From: the human T2T-CHM13v2.0 reference genome, Homo sapiens
Reading direction: 5' to 3' (one strand)
Length of the DNA stretch: 64,000 nt
Assembly: GCF_009914755.1 (NCBI RefSeq)
Contig: NC_060930.1
Of this stretch, positions 52,070 to 64,000 are shown one piece after another (the stretch's first letter is position 1; every line of letters begins with the position of its first letter). Position numbers and translations under genes: made by a program. The notes beneath the pieces are model-generated. The model was given only the letters and a program-made list of their open reading frames with translations. It did not search any database and was not told the origin of the DNA.

Positions 52070-52392
52070 CAGGGGTCCCCAACCCCACCACCCCACCCCC
52101 CACCCCCACCCCCACCATGGCAGGAACCAGGCCTCACAGCAGGTGGTGCATTACTGCCTGAGCTCCACGTCCTGTGAGATCAGCGGTGGCATTAGATTCT
52201 CATAGGAACGTGAACCTTATTGTGAACTGCGCGTGCGAGGGATCTAGGTTGCGCACTCCTTATGAGAATCTAATGCCTGGTGATCTGAGGTGGAAGAGCT
52301 TCATCCCCAAACCATCCCTCATCTTCCCCAGCAGTGGAAAAATTGTCTTCCATGAAACCAGTCCATCCTGCCAAAAAGATTGGGGACAGCTC
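52070..52392 (+). mobile_element. MER1B (hAT-Charlie MITE)
   Basis: CAGGGGTCCCCAACCCC..GGCATTAGATTCTCATAGGA..TATGAGAATCTAATGCC..TTGGGGAC; 8-bp TSD TGTTAGGC/TGTTAAGC. Confidence 0.9.
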
Positions 52393-52495
52393 TGTTAAGC
52401 AATGCCAGGGAAATCTCAGTCATTTCCTCCTTGACTTTTCTCCTTCAGCCTCCCTCTTATTACTGTATCTCACCACTGTCTCAAAAACCAGCCCA

Positions 52496-52780
52496 GGCTG
52501 GGTGTAGTGGCTCATGCCTGTAATCCCAGTATTTGGGGAGGCCAAGGCAGGAGGATCACTTGAGGTCAGGAGTTTGGATAGTAGCCTAAAGTAACATAGT
52601 GAGACCCTACCTCTATAAAAAAATTTTTTTTTAAATTAGCCAGATGTGATGGTGCATGCCTATAAGCCAGATGTGATGGTGCATGCCTATAGTCAGGAGA
52701 TTGAGGTGGGAGGATTGCGTCAGCCCAGGAGTTCGAGGCTGCACTGAGCTATGATCAAGGCGCTGCATTCTAGTCTGGGT
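52496..52780 (+). mobile_element. AluJ, 3'-truncated, with internal 27-bp duplication
   Basis: J-type right arm GGAGTTCGAGGCTGCACTGAGCTATGATC; AGCCAGATGTGATGGTGCATGCCTATA x2; no A tail. Confidence 0.88.
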
Positions 52781-53074
52781 TTTTTTTCCTGGTTATAAAA
52801 ATTATTCATGGCCAAATACACAGAAATAAAAGTCATCTATCTTTTTATCACCCACAACTAGACTGCTGCTAGTAATTTAGTTTTTTAAAGAAATATATGC
52901 TTTTTAACAGTCTCCTTGCCTGAAGCCAAAGTGTTAAAAACAAGACCATTCTACTTGTTCAATTTCTACCCTATGCCTGCACATCCAGGGCTCAGATGAA
53001 TTTAACATTAGTACCGGATGGCCCATGCTTTTTATCCATGTGGTAGCAGTAACAAGAAGTCTTCCCAGCTATCA

Positions 53075-53190
53075 TTAAGAGATGATTTAAAATGTCGTCA
53101 AGTATATGAAAGGCTCCTCCTCCCAGAATAGCAAACAGCTGTTCATGATCTCCAGCGAGACTGGAGCCAAAGAAAGAGACTAAGTGACTG
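53075..53190 (+). mobile_element. L3/CR1 fragment
   Basis: GTCGTCAAGTATATGAAAGG..CAGCTGTTCATGATCTCCA resembles the L3 ORF2 3' region. Confidence 0.5.
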
Positions 53191-54107
53191 GGGCTCTGGG
53201 CAACTCCTGGCCCTAAACGAGGACAGCAGACAGTTCCTGGAGGGTTCTAGGTGAAACCCATGCCCCATGTCACTTGGACTGTCCATTTAGCTGAGACTGG
53301 GATATTTTGGCTTGAAACTAGAGAACAGTTTCCATTCTCTCTGACTTTTCAGGACGGCTTGCTTGGTGGTTTACAGTGGGAGGGTCAAGAGTTACCTAGT
53401 TCTCTGTAGGTCTTTAAAAGTCGCTTATGGAGTTTTCATCTGAAGGACTTAAGTGCGGCCTTATTGAAAGGCAGTGGGGTGGGTTTGTGGCGTCTGGGGG
53501 TTCTCTCCACACAGATTTACTTTGGTATTTCTGCCCTCAGCTTCCTTTCCCAGAATTCAGTGCTCCTCTGTTCAGCTTCTGATGGCCACCATCTTGCCTG
53601 CCAGTTGTCTAGTGCCTGCCATCTCTCCTGGAGGAGGCCTGGGTCTATTACTCCACCAGTTGGAGGAGTAAAAGAACCTCTGTCTTGGAGCAGTGTGGGT
53701 GTCTGTTTAGTTCATGAACCTTTATGAATACCTGACATGCACTCCACTCAGCACCAGGGATTTTGGGTGGTAGCTGACAGCATAAAAATCACAGACTGGG
53801 GAGCCTTGAGGCCATCATAGCAAACCTCCTGATATTATAGGTGAAGAAGAAAAGGCTAGAGAGGGCATGCCACTACCCCAAAGTCACAGCAAAAGAGAAA
53901 TATAAGAAAGATGCTCCTCTAAATGATTTTACAGTCTCAATCCATATTGTGCACGTCTTGGTAGATCATACTACATACTCATTTGGAGCTGAAAGATTTT
54001 AGGAGATTATGAGAAAACTCAGGCTGGAAATGCATGTAAATAGAGACCCAAAGCCACCAAAACCCAAGCTAAAATGACTGCGTTAAGAAGGAATTCCATG
54101 TAAGGGA

Positions 54108-54576
54108 ATATAGCAGGTGCTGTTGGTACCTGTTAATACTCCTTGTCCTTATTTCAATATGTGCTAAGAGCATTTTACCACTTTGTACTGAAAGCACTGA
54201 CAACTGAGGGCCTGAAGGCTCTTTCTTAGCATGCCTGCACAGTGGATTGAAAATTCCCAGTTCATGACCAGGAGCAGCCCTCAGCCATTGATAGATGGGA
54301 GTTGGAGGATAAATACCCCAGCTCCCTTGCCCATAAGGTAGGTAATTCTGAGGTATGTTCTACACTGTCTCCCAGAATTCCCCTGTAAGGTTGAGCCCCT
54401 AGTTGTTAACCAGTTGCCCGCAGCGGTAACCTGCATATTGACACTTCCTTCATTGGCTTCATTTCCTTCGATGTCTCACTTCCTTGCTAGTGTTTACTGG
54501 GGTTGCCTCCCAAATAAATGATGCATTCTTGAATCCTTGCTCCAGGTTAGTCTTTGCAGGAACTCAAACTAAATCA
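54108..54576 (+). mobile_element. LTR16C-like solo LTR
   Basis: GGAGCAGCCCTCAGCCA..GGAGTTGGAGGATAAATACCCCAGCTCC..CCTCCCAAATAAA..GGAACTCAAACTAA. Confidence 0.75.
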
Positions 54577-54804
54577 GGAGGTATCACCACCAATTGACCT
54601 ATTTGAGCATTTGCCCAAGACTGTGCCTCCACAGAGGGAAGGTTGTTAGCACACAGGACTCAATGTGAAAACCTACAGAAGATGGTTTGGGTGTCTATTT
54701 TGAGCCAAAACAAACAAAAACTGTGCAGGCACCCACACTCTTCCATGTATTTATAACCTCAACCAGTTGTCCTTGCAAAGAGGCAAGAATGGGTGGGTAA
54801 GGAA

Positions 54805-55025
54805 GCATTTACTGAGCACCTACTCCATGCCAGGCTGTGCTGCATACTCTATGTGCAATAGAATCTTATTAAATTCATAGATGAGCCTTGTGAAATACTC
54901 ATTGTTAACCCCCATTTTACAAATGGGAGAAGTGAGGCTAAGCATCTTGCTGAACACTGCCAGTAAGTGGTAGAGCTCAGATTTGAATCCGGTGCTGTCT
55001 GATGCCAAATCTGGTGCTTTTCTGT
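54805..55025 (-). mobile_element. MIR
   Basis: CATTTACTGAGCACCTAC..CCCCATTTTACAAATGGGAGAAGTGAGGC..GATTTGAATCC. Confidence 0.85.
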
Positions 55026-56029
55026 GCTCTCATGCTGTACCCTGGAGCTTACAAATATGTGCATCAGCCATGGCCCTGGACTTGTGATGCCATGCTGCTG
55101 GCAGTGGCATTTGTAACCACATCAGCAGTCCATAAATGTGCCGTCTTCCCTCTCCCAAAACAAGTCCCCACGGCAATGATCCTGCATGTCTCCTTTCATA
55201 CACACATGCCCCAGGCTGCCCTTTTGTGGCTCATTTTCCTTTTTGTTTCACTTAAACCTTATAGGTCACATGTGCAAATATTCCATAGCAGGAAATGAAG
55301 AAGGCTAGAGGCAAGGGGCCCCAAGCTCTCCTCAGGTTGGGGGACCCTGGTCATTAGCAAGCCTTTGGTGCCTCTAAACGTGCCTGTGGTGTGACCGTGT
55401 TTGTGCAGTGGGTTAATGTTGGCTGAGCTGGTCAGAGGGTAGGGTCAGTGGAAGAACCTGCAGAGTGCGGCTGAGCCTCAGCCACCCCAGCTCTCCCCAC
55501 ATCTCCCCTGCAGCCACATCTGCCTTGTTTTGTGGCAATGTCAGCTTTAGTCTCATTTCTCTTCAAGTTTCTTAAGGGCACTGGCTAAGTCTTCTTCAGT
55601 GTTGTGCCACCGAAGAATCTGGAACATTCTATTAGCAACAATAGACAACTGCTGAATGATACGGTTATAAATAATGACATCTAATGATGTGGTTATGTTC
55701 TAGAATCAAGCATCATGAGCATGAGCATTTTTAGACTAAACTTGAGGTTGCTATTTTTTTGACTGTTTGTTATGAAACTATTTAAACTAACAGAAAAGTA
55801 TAATAAATACTTTTAAATATAATGAATAGCCTAACGAATGCCCATATACCCATCACCTAGACTTAGCAAACAGTATTTGCCATATCTGATGCAGCTCCCA
55901 GAACCCAGGTTTCTTATCTACTCTGATTACAATAATGATACCATCTTGTGGTACAGGGACATCTTGTCAAGCACATCACGGAGATTGTATACACAGAGGA
56001 ACTACGTCTCAGGATCTTCAAAGTTGTCT

Positions 56030-56190
56030 TCACCCAATCCCTCTATACTTACTGAAGATCTGCTATGTGTCAGGCCTTGTGGAAGGTACCCAGTGACAAA
56101 GATGAGGAAGTCATGGTCCCCATCCTTGGGGCATTCACCTCCATTGGAGACTGGGAATAAACTTGTAAATAGACAATTGCATTGTGATGT
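56030..56190 (-). mobile_element. L2 3' fragment
   Basis: TTACTGAAGATCTGCTATGTGTCAGGC..AAAGATGAGGAAGTCATGGTCCCC. Confidence 0.6.
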
Positions 56191-56294
56191 GCCAAGCCCA
56201 ACATTCCATTTTATAGTCCCATGGACCGAGAAGCTGAGAAGGCTGTCGTCTCATCTATAGAGAGCATTACTAGATCCAAGTTGGGGAATCATGG

Positions 56295-56445
56295 CAGGGA
56301 CTGGAGCCCTGCGTTCTACCTTTGCTGTTACTTAGCTGTGTGACCCTTAGCAAGTCACTGGCCAGGTCTGGATCACAGTTTTCTCATCTGTACATGAAAA
56401 GGTCAGGCTGAAATATTTCAAAGGCCCCCATTCAGATCCAAGTTT
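56295..56445 (+). mobile_element. MIR/MIR3
   Basis: TTAGCTGTGTGACCCTTAGCAAGTCAC..CAGTTTTCTCATCTGTA. Confidence 0.7.
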
Positions 56446-57399
56446 CTGGAACTTTTTATGGTGAAGTATTTAACCCACCTCACCGCCTAACTCTGCTTTT
56501 TTGCCTGTAACCTCCATTCTGAGCCAGAGCCTGCAGGGGTTTCCAGCTCTGCCTAGGTTCCACGATGGGTTCTAATTCCACCCCCTTGGAACCTGTGCCA
56601 GGGCTAATTCTCCCAGTCAGGAATTCCTTCTGTGGAACTAACCCATGTCTCTATTGCTGCAGTTTCCATTAATTTCCTTTGACCCGTCCTCGGGGGGAAG
56701 CTCATGATTACTGATAATTCTAGTTAATCCTTTAACTAGGAAAAGGAAACTAACCATCTAATAGGCCGAATGAGGGAATGACTTGGCACACCATCTGCAA
56801 AATATAAACCTAAAATATTCCGGAGTGTTCTCTGGGAGGCCACAGCCATTAACGCCCCGAGAGCCGGCTACTGCAGATATTTGCTCCTCATGGTGGGCAC
56901 ACTTCTGAACTGAGCCAGGAATGGGCACAGGCAGGGCAGCCCATGCCGTTTCCCCCTCTCTGCATGTTTGTGGCATAACCATCACAACCGTTTTACTTGC
57001 TAAGGCAGAACATCTCCAGCCCCGTAAAAAGCTTTCTGACATCTCTCTGAGCTGCTGGCTTCCCCATTTTCAGAAGATGCCATGGTTTATTAATTCTCTG
57101 CAGAAGCAATAAGAACTGGGTATTGGCTTAATTTGGGGCCAATTTATTGTTATGATAGAAAAATTGGGCTCTGTCTCCTCTTATTCAACACAAGGGCCTA
57201 TAGTTCCCCCTTTAACCCCTCCTGTGCTGGGCTCTTCCTCCAATCCACTTCTACTTTTTTGTCTTTGGGATATTATTTAACCTCTCTGTGCCTCTGTTTC
57301 CTCAACTGGGATAATCATAGTACCTATTTCATAGAATTGTTTTGAGTAAATACTGAGTTACTGAGTTATTTTAGGGTCTCTCTCTCTCTCTACCAGAAA

Positions 57400-57730
57400 C
57401 TTCAAATTGACACACTGTTTTAAAAAATCTGGGAATTTCACTTTCTAAAAATCCAGGTTTTCAGCTTCTCGTGAGTGACTGGGAACCACACTTACCCTAT
57501 GTCCACACAACCACCTGGAGCCGAGTAGAGGTGGCTCCTGCTAAAAATGACATCTCATGTCTGTCCAGGTCCTGGTCCTCCATTCCACTCAGGGGCAGGG
57601 CCTTTCTTCATGTCCTGGTTGACCCAGAGGCCCCGAGTCTGTGGTCTGGGTTCCCCTGTTTCCTTAGGCTGAGCCAGTTGTAGCCACAGAACTCAATTCT
57701 CCTCCACACCCGAAGCTGCTCGGAAATGTC
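57400..57730. mobile_element. MER102-like DNA transposon fragment (tentative)
   Basis: AAAAATCCAGGTTTTCAGCTTCTC..CTGGAGCCGAGTAGAGG. Confidence 0.35.
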
Positions 57731-57949
57731 CTTCCAGCATTACCTGCACCAATGGTAATAGGCAGCTATGCTCACTGGGAAAGAAAATCTGAACAAGACA
57801 AATGGAACCTCTCCTGAGGCAAATCTACCCCAGTGGGTTGAAGATGGAATTGTAATTTGGAGACAGAAGAAAAGAAAAAAATAATAAACAGCAGCACGAT
57901 TCCCATTTTCTCTGAATTCTGACATTGTTGAGTGCCAACTGGACAGGCG

Positions 57950-58100
57950 CCTCACGCGCATCCCATCTATGCCACACAATCATCCCAGTGAGGTGGGTGT
58001 CATGGTTCCTGTTTTATGGATGAGAAAAGTGAGGCTCAGAGAGGTTGAGTAACTTGTACAAAGTCACATACTTAGGAAGTGGCAAAGGCAGGCTAACCCC
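57950..58100 (-). mobile_element. MIR
   Basis: GATGAGAAAAGTGAGGCTCAGAGAGGTTGAGTAACTTG..AAGTCACA. Confidence 0.8.
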
Positions 58101-58271
58101 ACCCTTGATTGTGAACTGGATTGGGTGAAAGTTCTTGCAGGGTGGGCCAGGGTGAAGGCCGCCCTGGTGGAACTCCTGAGGCAATGAGCGATCCTGCTGA
58201 TGCCTGTAAATGGTGCCAGCAGCGCAGGAGATTCCTGCCCTGGGAGAAGAGGGGGAATCCAAGGGAAGCAT

Positions 58272-58395
58272 GTGGGAGTGCTACTGGCATCTGGTGGGTA
58301 GAGGCCAGGGACACTGCTAAACATCCTACAACGAACAGGACAGCCCACAACAAAGTGCATAAGATGTCAGTGGTCCTGAGGCTGACAAACTGCCT
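58272..58395 (+). mobile_element. MER20 3' half
   Basis: TGCTACTGGCATCTGGTGGGTAGAGGCCAGGGA..TGCTAAACATCCTACAA..CAGGACAGCCC. Confidence 0.85.
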
Positions 58396-58402
58396 TAAAG
58401 CC

Positions 58403-58575
58403 TTTTTTTTTTTTTTTTCTAGACAGGGTCTTCCTCTATCACCCTGTCTGGAGTGCAGTGACACAATCACGGCTCACTGCAGCCGTGGGCTCCTTGGACT
58501 TCTGGGCTCAAGCGCTCTTCCCACCTCAGCCTCCTGAGTAGCTGGATCTATAGGCGTGAGCCAACGCACCTGGCT
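58403..58575 (-). mobile_element. Alu right monomer (FRAM or 5'-truncated AluJ)
   Basis: Poly-T, AGACAGGGTCTT..GGCTCACTGCAGCC..GGGCTCAAGCG..CTCAGCCTCCTGAGTAGCTGG; no left arm. Confidence 0.85.
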
Positions 58576-59040
58576 ATCTCTTTTAATTTTAAGAGTCTGA
58601 TTCTAAGATGGTTGAGGGGTCACCAGAAGACCCTTTTCTGGTCATGGCCTGAGCCTTCTCTTTGCTGTCACCAAGGCTCCCACAGAAAGGTGGATGTTGT
58701 CTGGAGGAGGATTTATGGACATACCATTTGGCATAGCATTTGAGAATGCCAGACCTGAAAGGCCATCTAAGCAAATCCCTCAGTTGTACAGATGAAGAAA
58801 CTGAAGCCCAGAGGAGAAAGTGCCTCGCTAAGACTGACCAGTCTGATACCTTATTCCTGAGGGCCAGAAAGTAGATTGCTGGATGCAGTACAGGTTGGGG
58901 GCAGGCATCACCTCTGTGTGAATTCAGGGCACAGCGTGCCCTCCGATGGCCCTCAGCTTCTCTATCTCTAATAGGAGGTGGAGGAGGCACAGGTCTGGGG
59001 GAATTTCTGGGTCAGCTCTAGCACTGGGGACAGTCTAGGG

Positions 59041-59216
59041 CAGTGGTTCTCAGCATCGAGCAGCATCAGCACACCCCAGAAGGTTTGTGAAAACCCACAT
59101 TGCTGGGCCCCACCCCTGAGTTCCCAGTCTAGTAGGGCTGCAGTGGGGCCTGAGAATGTGCATTTCTAACAGGTTTCCAGGTGTTGCTGCTGCTGGGACC
59201 ACACTGAGAACCACTG
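59041..59216 (+). mobile_element. MER5A, complete
   Basis: Perfect 13-bp TIRs CAGTGGTTCTCAG/CTGAGAACCACTG; 8-bp TSD GTCTAGGG/GTCTAGGA. Confidence 0.92.
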
Positions 59217-61396
59217 GTCTAGGAGGTGGGGATGAGTAAATTGAGAGATACCCATCACTAGGAAGGAGGTGAAACACTGCCTCTGATTGGGTGGCTGTAA
59301 ATGAGGTGGCTGTATCCCAAAGGCCCCAACTTTTACTCATATTTTGGCCTGAGGTGGGTCTGTGTCCCTGAACTTGGTACAAACTCCTGTTCCTGGGAAG
59401 GCCACTCTGCCCCATGGGCAGGTCACCATACACTTATCTTCCGAATTCAGTCACACTTGAGTGTGAAAGGAGGCAGTGCTAATAACTGTGGGGACAGAAG
59501 GCGCAAGCTGGGCTGTCTGTGGCAAATTGAGCCATAGGAAATCAACCGGGCAGCTGGGCCTCCGGGAAGTAGCCAGGCCCACACAGAGCCTTAAATCTCC
59601 CTCACAAGCATTTTGATGTGGCCAACTTGTTTTCACTGAGATCAGAGGAAGAGAGGGAGTTGGGATGCTGGCTGCTGCAAAAGTTTTCAGGGCGGCCTCT
59701 AAAATATGCAGTGTAGAAGCCAGCAGAGCCATGAACCACACCCCCCTGTGCCGCGTGGTGGCTGGTCAGCATGTTGGAGTCCAGCCGGGATGGCTGCCCC
59801 ACTCCCTAAGGAAGCTGTGCCACCAGAGCCAGCCTCACCTGCAGGGTCCTGTCCTGCATGTCCCAGCAGTCTGGGCTGGAAGAACTTGGGAGGTCCATGC
59901 AGGGCAGATGTGGAGGCCTCCCTCCATGTGCAAAAGGTGAATCAGAGAGGCGGGATGTGCTCTACATCACCCTCATGGTAGTAGACGGACCCGAACCACG
60001 AGTTCCAGGGCAGAGACCTTTTCACGCACACTGATCTCTAGATACATTGAATTTGGCTGTAAATCCTAAGGGACACTGTGCTAAATATTAGGGGGTATAA
60101 TATTAGCTCAGAGCAGGCATCTCTCATCCAGATACAGAAGACTGGGCATGATGTCTGGTTGAAACTTTGTGGCCTATTTTTCCACACTCGGCAAAGACCT
60201 GTGTGTTGCCTTTGGACTCCTCTCCTCCTCTGCCTTTTTGATTCATATTTCCTTTAAAGTTGGGAGTGTTTCGGGTCTTCTTTATATTGCTTTTCACCTG
60301 GGTTCTTCCTTCATTCTGCATGGTGGGGTGGAGAGAGAAAGGAGGGCCTGGGGGCAGGGGGGCAACTACAAGCCCACCCCTTGCCTTCTGGAAATGCCAT
60401 TTGTTCTAGACCCAGACCCAGCCCATGCCAGGAAAGCCAGACACACTACCCAAGTCATTGGCACAGACAAGTGGAGTGAGGGATGCTCAGGGGAACCCTA
60501 GACTTGGTCAGTACTCCATGGAAGATGAGTGGGTTCCAGGACCAGATCTGGGCAAGGAGGGGGTAAGGATCACAAGACCACACAGCTGGAGGGAAATTGG
60601 GAATTCTATAGGCCAAACCCTTGTTGTGCAGAGGGGGAAACTGAGATCCAGAGAGGGGTAGAGGTTTTCCCAAAGTCACACAGAGTGAGGTCTACAACAT
60701 CCCTTCTCTGACTCCTTGGTCCAGGGCTCTTTCCACCACATTTTGTTGGCCAGGCAGGAATTTGGTGTGGGTCTTGAGTCTCCCACACATCCTAGAGGCA
60801 GAAGGTGCAAGGAACATGTGCAGCTGTGTGGTGCTGTCAGGGAGAGTGACTTCCTCATGCCTGTGTTACCAGCACTTGGCACAGTGCCTGACACATGTGA
60901 GATGGTCAGTATATGTTTGTTCACTGAACCATGTAACAGCAATCCTTCAGAAGGGCTTGTCTCTTAAAAGGAGTTTTCATAAAGTTGATTTACCTTATAA
61001 TGCACCTCAGTAACTGTGGCAAGGAAAAGAAATAGGGGTCTTATGTGCTAGGGCATATAATGTAAATCTTCTCTTAACATTTTATTATTTCAGGTATTAT
61101 ATAAGCAATGCATATTTATTATGAAAAAAATAGATAAGAAAAAAATTAACATCTCCACAATGATCTGATGGAACCATGGACCCAAGGGGGAGCGTGCTTA
61201 GGGGCTGGAATACCTTGGAGCCCTCAGAGCACTTCCTGCAGCACCAGACTTCTCCCCTGCTTCCTTATCTCCACTCTCCATATCTTTGACATTGTCATCT
61301 TGGAGGGAAGGAGCCCCATAAACAAACCTGGCTCTAGCATTCAACAGGTTCTCAACAGGTTCAACTTGAGGTAGAACTGCAGCATGCCAGTTGCAT

Positions 61397-61700
<304 letters not shown>

Positions 61701-64000
61701 TGAATGTGCTCAAATGCATATTCCAATTTTCTGGAAGAATGGAACCAATGTGTCTTGAGAGCTCATTTCATGCCTGTATGTTCACAGACATCATCAAATT
61801 TGATCCTCACCAGTGCTCACTATCAAATGAAATCTAGAGCTTACAAGAACAAAGCAGGCCTAGAGTGCCCCCAAACCATACCAGACGCTGGACACCATCA
61901 CCATGGATAGTGCCTAAGTCAAGGGCATTGATTGGAGGCACAGAAGTCAGAGCACCTCCCACACATCTGTCACATAACGTCTTCCCATGCCATTAGTGAG
62001 TGATCCTGACATGAAGATGCAAGGTGTCTCCCTAGCCCCTCTGAGCTGTAGCTCTCTGTGTGCTGTGCCTATACTGGCTGACCCAACGTGATGAGAACCT
62101 GGAATAAGTGGTTTTGAGGATTGGATTTACTGATCTCTGGCAGTGTGACCTACCAGGACAGGCCACTTGCCCTTTCTCGGCTGAGCTGTCCTTTTTGCAA
62201 CACGAAGTCATAATCACAGCCTACCCATTCACTGGGACCTTGCAGAAACCAAGCCTTACGGAGAGTTAAGGTGCATTATGGATGGAAAGTGCCACACAAG
62301 AGTACCTTCTTTCCACTAGGAAAACCTTGACTTGGCTGGTGCTGTTCTAGGATCAACTGCTTTTCCTTTCCTTGGCCTCCTGCATTGAGTTTGCCTTTCT
62401 CCCCCCAGCCCCCTGTGTCAACATCACGGGCTCCTTAGGAGCCCCACTCACAGCTCCACAACTGCTAATGTTCACTTCTGTGGAAAATGATAGGTGACAA
62501 GTTGCTCTCGGAGATGCCCACAATCAGATAAGCCAGGAGGGGAAACAAGTTCTTCTGGAAGGGAAACAGCCTGTACTATGGAAATTAAATATTCCTTAGA
62601 GGAGAGCAGGAAACTTTAGATCCCAGCCACGGGTTTCTGAGGAAGGTTCACCAGAGAAACTGGGGCATCCCTGGGGCACGGACTGGGAAGGATGGAAGCT
62701 GTTACTCCTGACATCTGCAACTGTCATTTGGAGCCTGGGTCTGGGCTGTGTGTCCCCCTACCCCTGCCCCAACACTGGCAACATGATCAAAGTCATACTT
62801 CCCCTTTTCCCCCTGTGGGGGCCCCAGCGCCCTTCTAGTCATTCAGCAATCAGGGCGCATGTGCTTTTCAAGTCAGTGCCCTGATATTTATCTGCAAGCA
62901 GGGATGTGAGAGGCAGCCTCCTGCCATTCCCGACATGGGGAAACTGAGTCACAAAAGGGCTGAGGTGAGTGGTCACGTGAAAGCCACTCTGAACAGAGCT
63001 CTGGATGTACTCTGCTCTCCTTGTCTCATGTGCACATACAGACACACAGACAGACACACACTGAGTTTTACAGCTCTCTAAAATTTATGAGCAAAGTCAA
63101 GTACCCGGAGATCTCTTAATTAAGCAGCCTTCCCCTAGGAGAAAGGAAATGGCCTTCCATATTCTTAGCACCGACACTGGATTGCATGATTTACTACCTG
63201 AGGCTTGCATTTCTCCCCACATCAACTCCCCTCTAGTGCAAACATCTATCACTTTGAAGGCAGTTCAAACACCACCTTCCCCTTGTCTTCCCCTGTCCCT
63301 GGTGCCCTCCAGCCCCTTAGCATTTCCTCCGATCTGCCTCCTTGCCCCAGAGGTCCAAGATCAGGCTGGAGCCCTGAACAGACACCATGCTGTCACCCAT
63401 CCAGTGAAAGAGAAAGCCCTGCATGCCCAGGACTGGCACCAAGGGGCTGCCCTGCTGCTAGAAGGTGGGGCTGGTGCGGGGTCCCTCCTCAGCCCACTGT
63501 GGCTGCTGATGGCTGCCATGAAGATATATGGGTTTAATCAGGCCCCTGACAGGTAAAGACCCTGACAACGAGGACAGTTTGTTCTCTGAAACTGTTGAGT
63601 ATCTAAGCCCAATGTTTACTTTGGAATTGAATGAATAACATTGTTCTGGGAAAGGAAATTTAAAAAAGCAGGCTTGTAATTTACAGTAGAGAGGAGAGCA
63701 GATCTGGAGGTCTTGCTACCCCCATCCCAGGCCCAGGCCCCCCTCCTGCAAACCCTCACTATGTCTTTTTGCTGTTTTAAACTTCTAAACACACCACAAC
63801 CAACCAGCTCATCTTCTCAGCCCTGCCAGTAAAGGTCTCAACATTGCCAGGCTCCTTATAGCTGCCAAGATAACACATTGCTTCAAGGCAAAAGGTTTTT
63901 TTCCCTTCCCTTTTTAAAAAATCAAAACCAAAAGCCACTGAAATTCCAAATGCTGTGAGACCCATTCAAAATGTGGAGTGATTATCTGGAATGATTATCT

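Overview
Primate (very likely human or great-ape) non-coding genomic DNA, either intergenic or deep intronic. The evidence is AluY/S/J, L1MA, MIR, L2, MaLR/ERV LTRs and hAT MER elements throughout. No host protein-coding gene, structural RNA gene or CRISPR array is supported. Every ORF with recognisable homology is a decayed L1 or L2 ORF fragment; the rest are chance or low-complexity ORFs. Main structures: (1) a ~6.9 kb apparently full-length L1MA nested inside an older L1, with a recognisable target-site duplication (TSD); (2) many nested TE insertions with readable TSDs; (3) a 149-bp templated copy of nearby DNA inserted, with microhomology at both junctions, into an MLT1 LTR that also carries a fold-back scar; (4) a 53-bp G-rich minisatellite; (5) several repeat-free islands with clustered developmental TF motifs (PBX-HOX/MEIS/TCF at ~43 kb, a CpG-retaining YY1/FOX/SOX island at ~47 kb), consistent with a distal regulatory landscape. 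I did not find a novel multi-gene system. Subfamily calls are from remembered consensus sequences and need RepeatMasker/Dfam confirmation; boundaries of old repeats are approximate.
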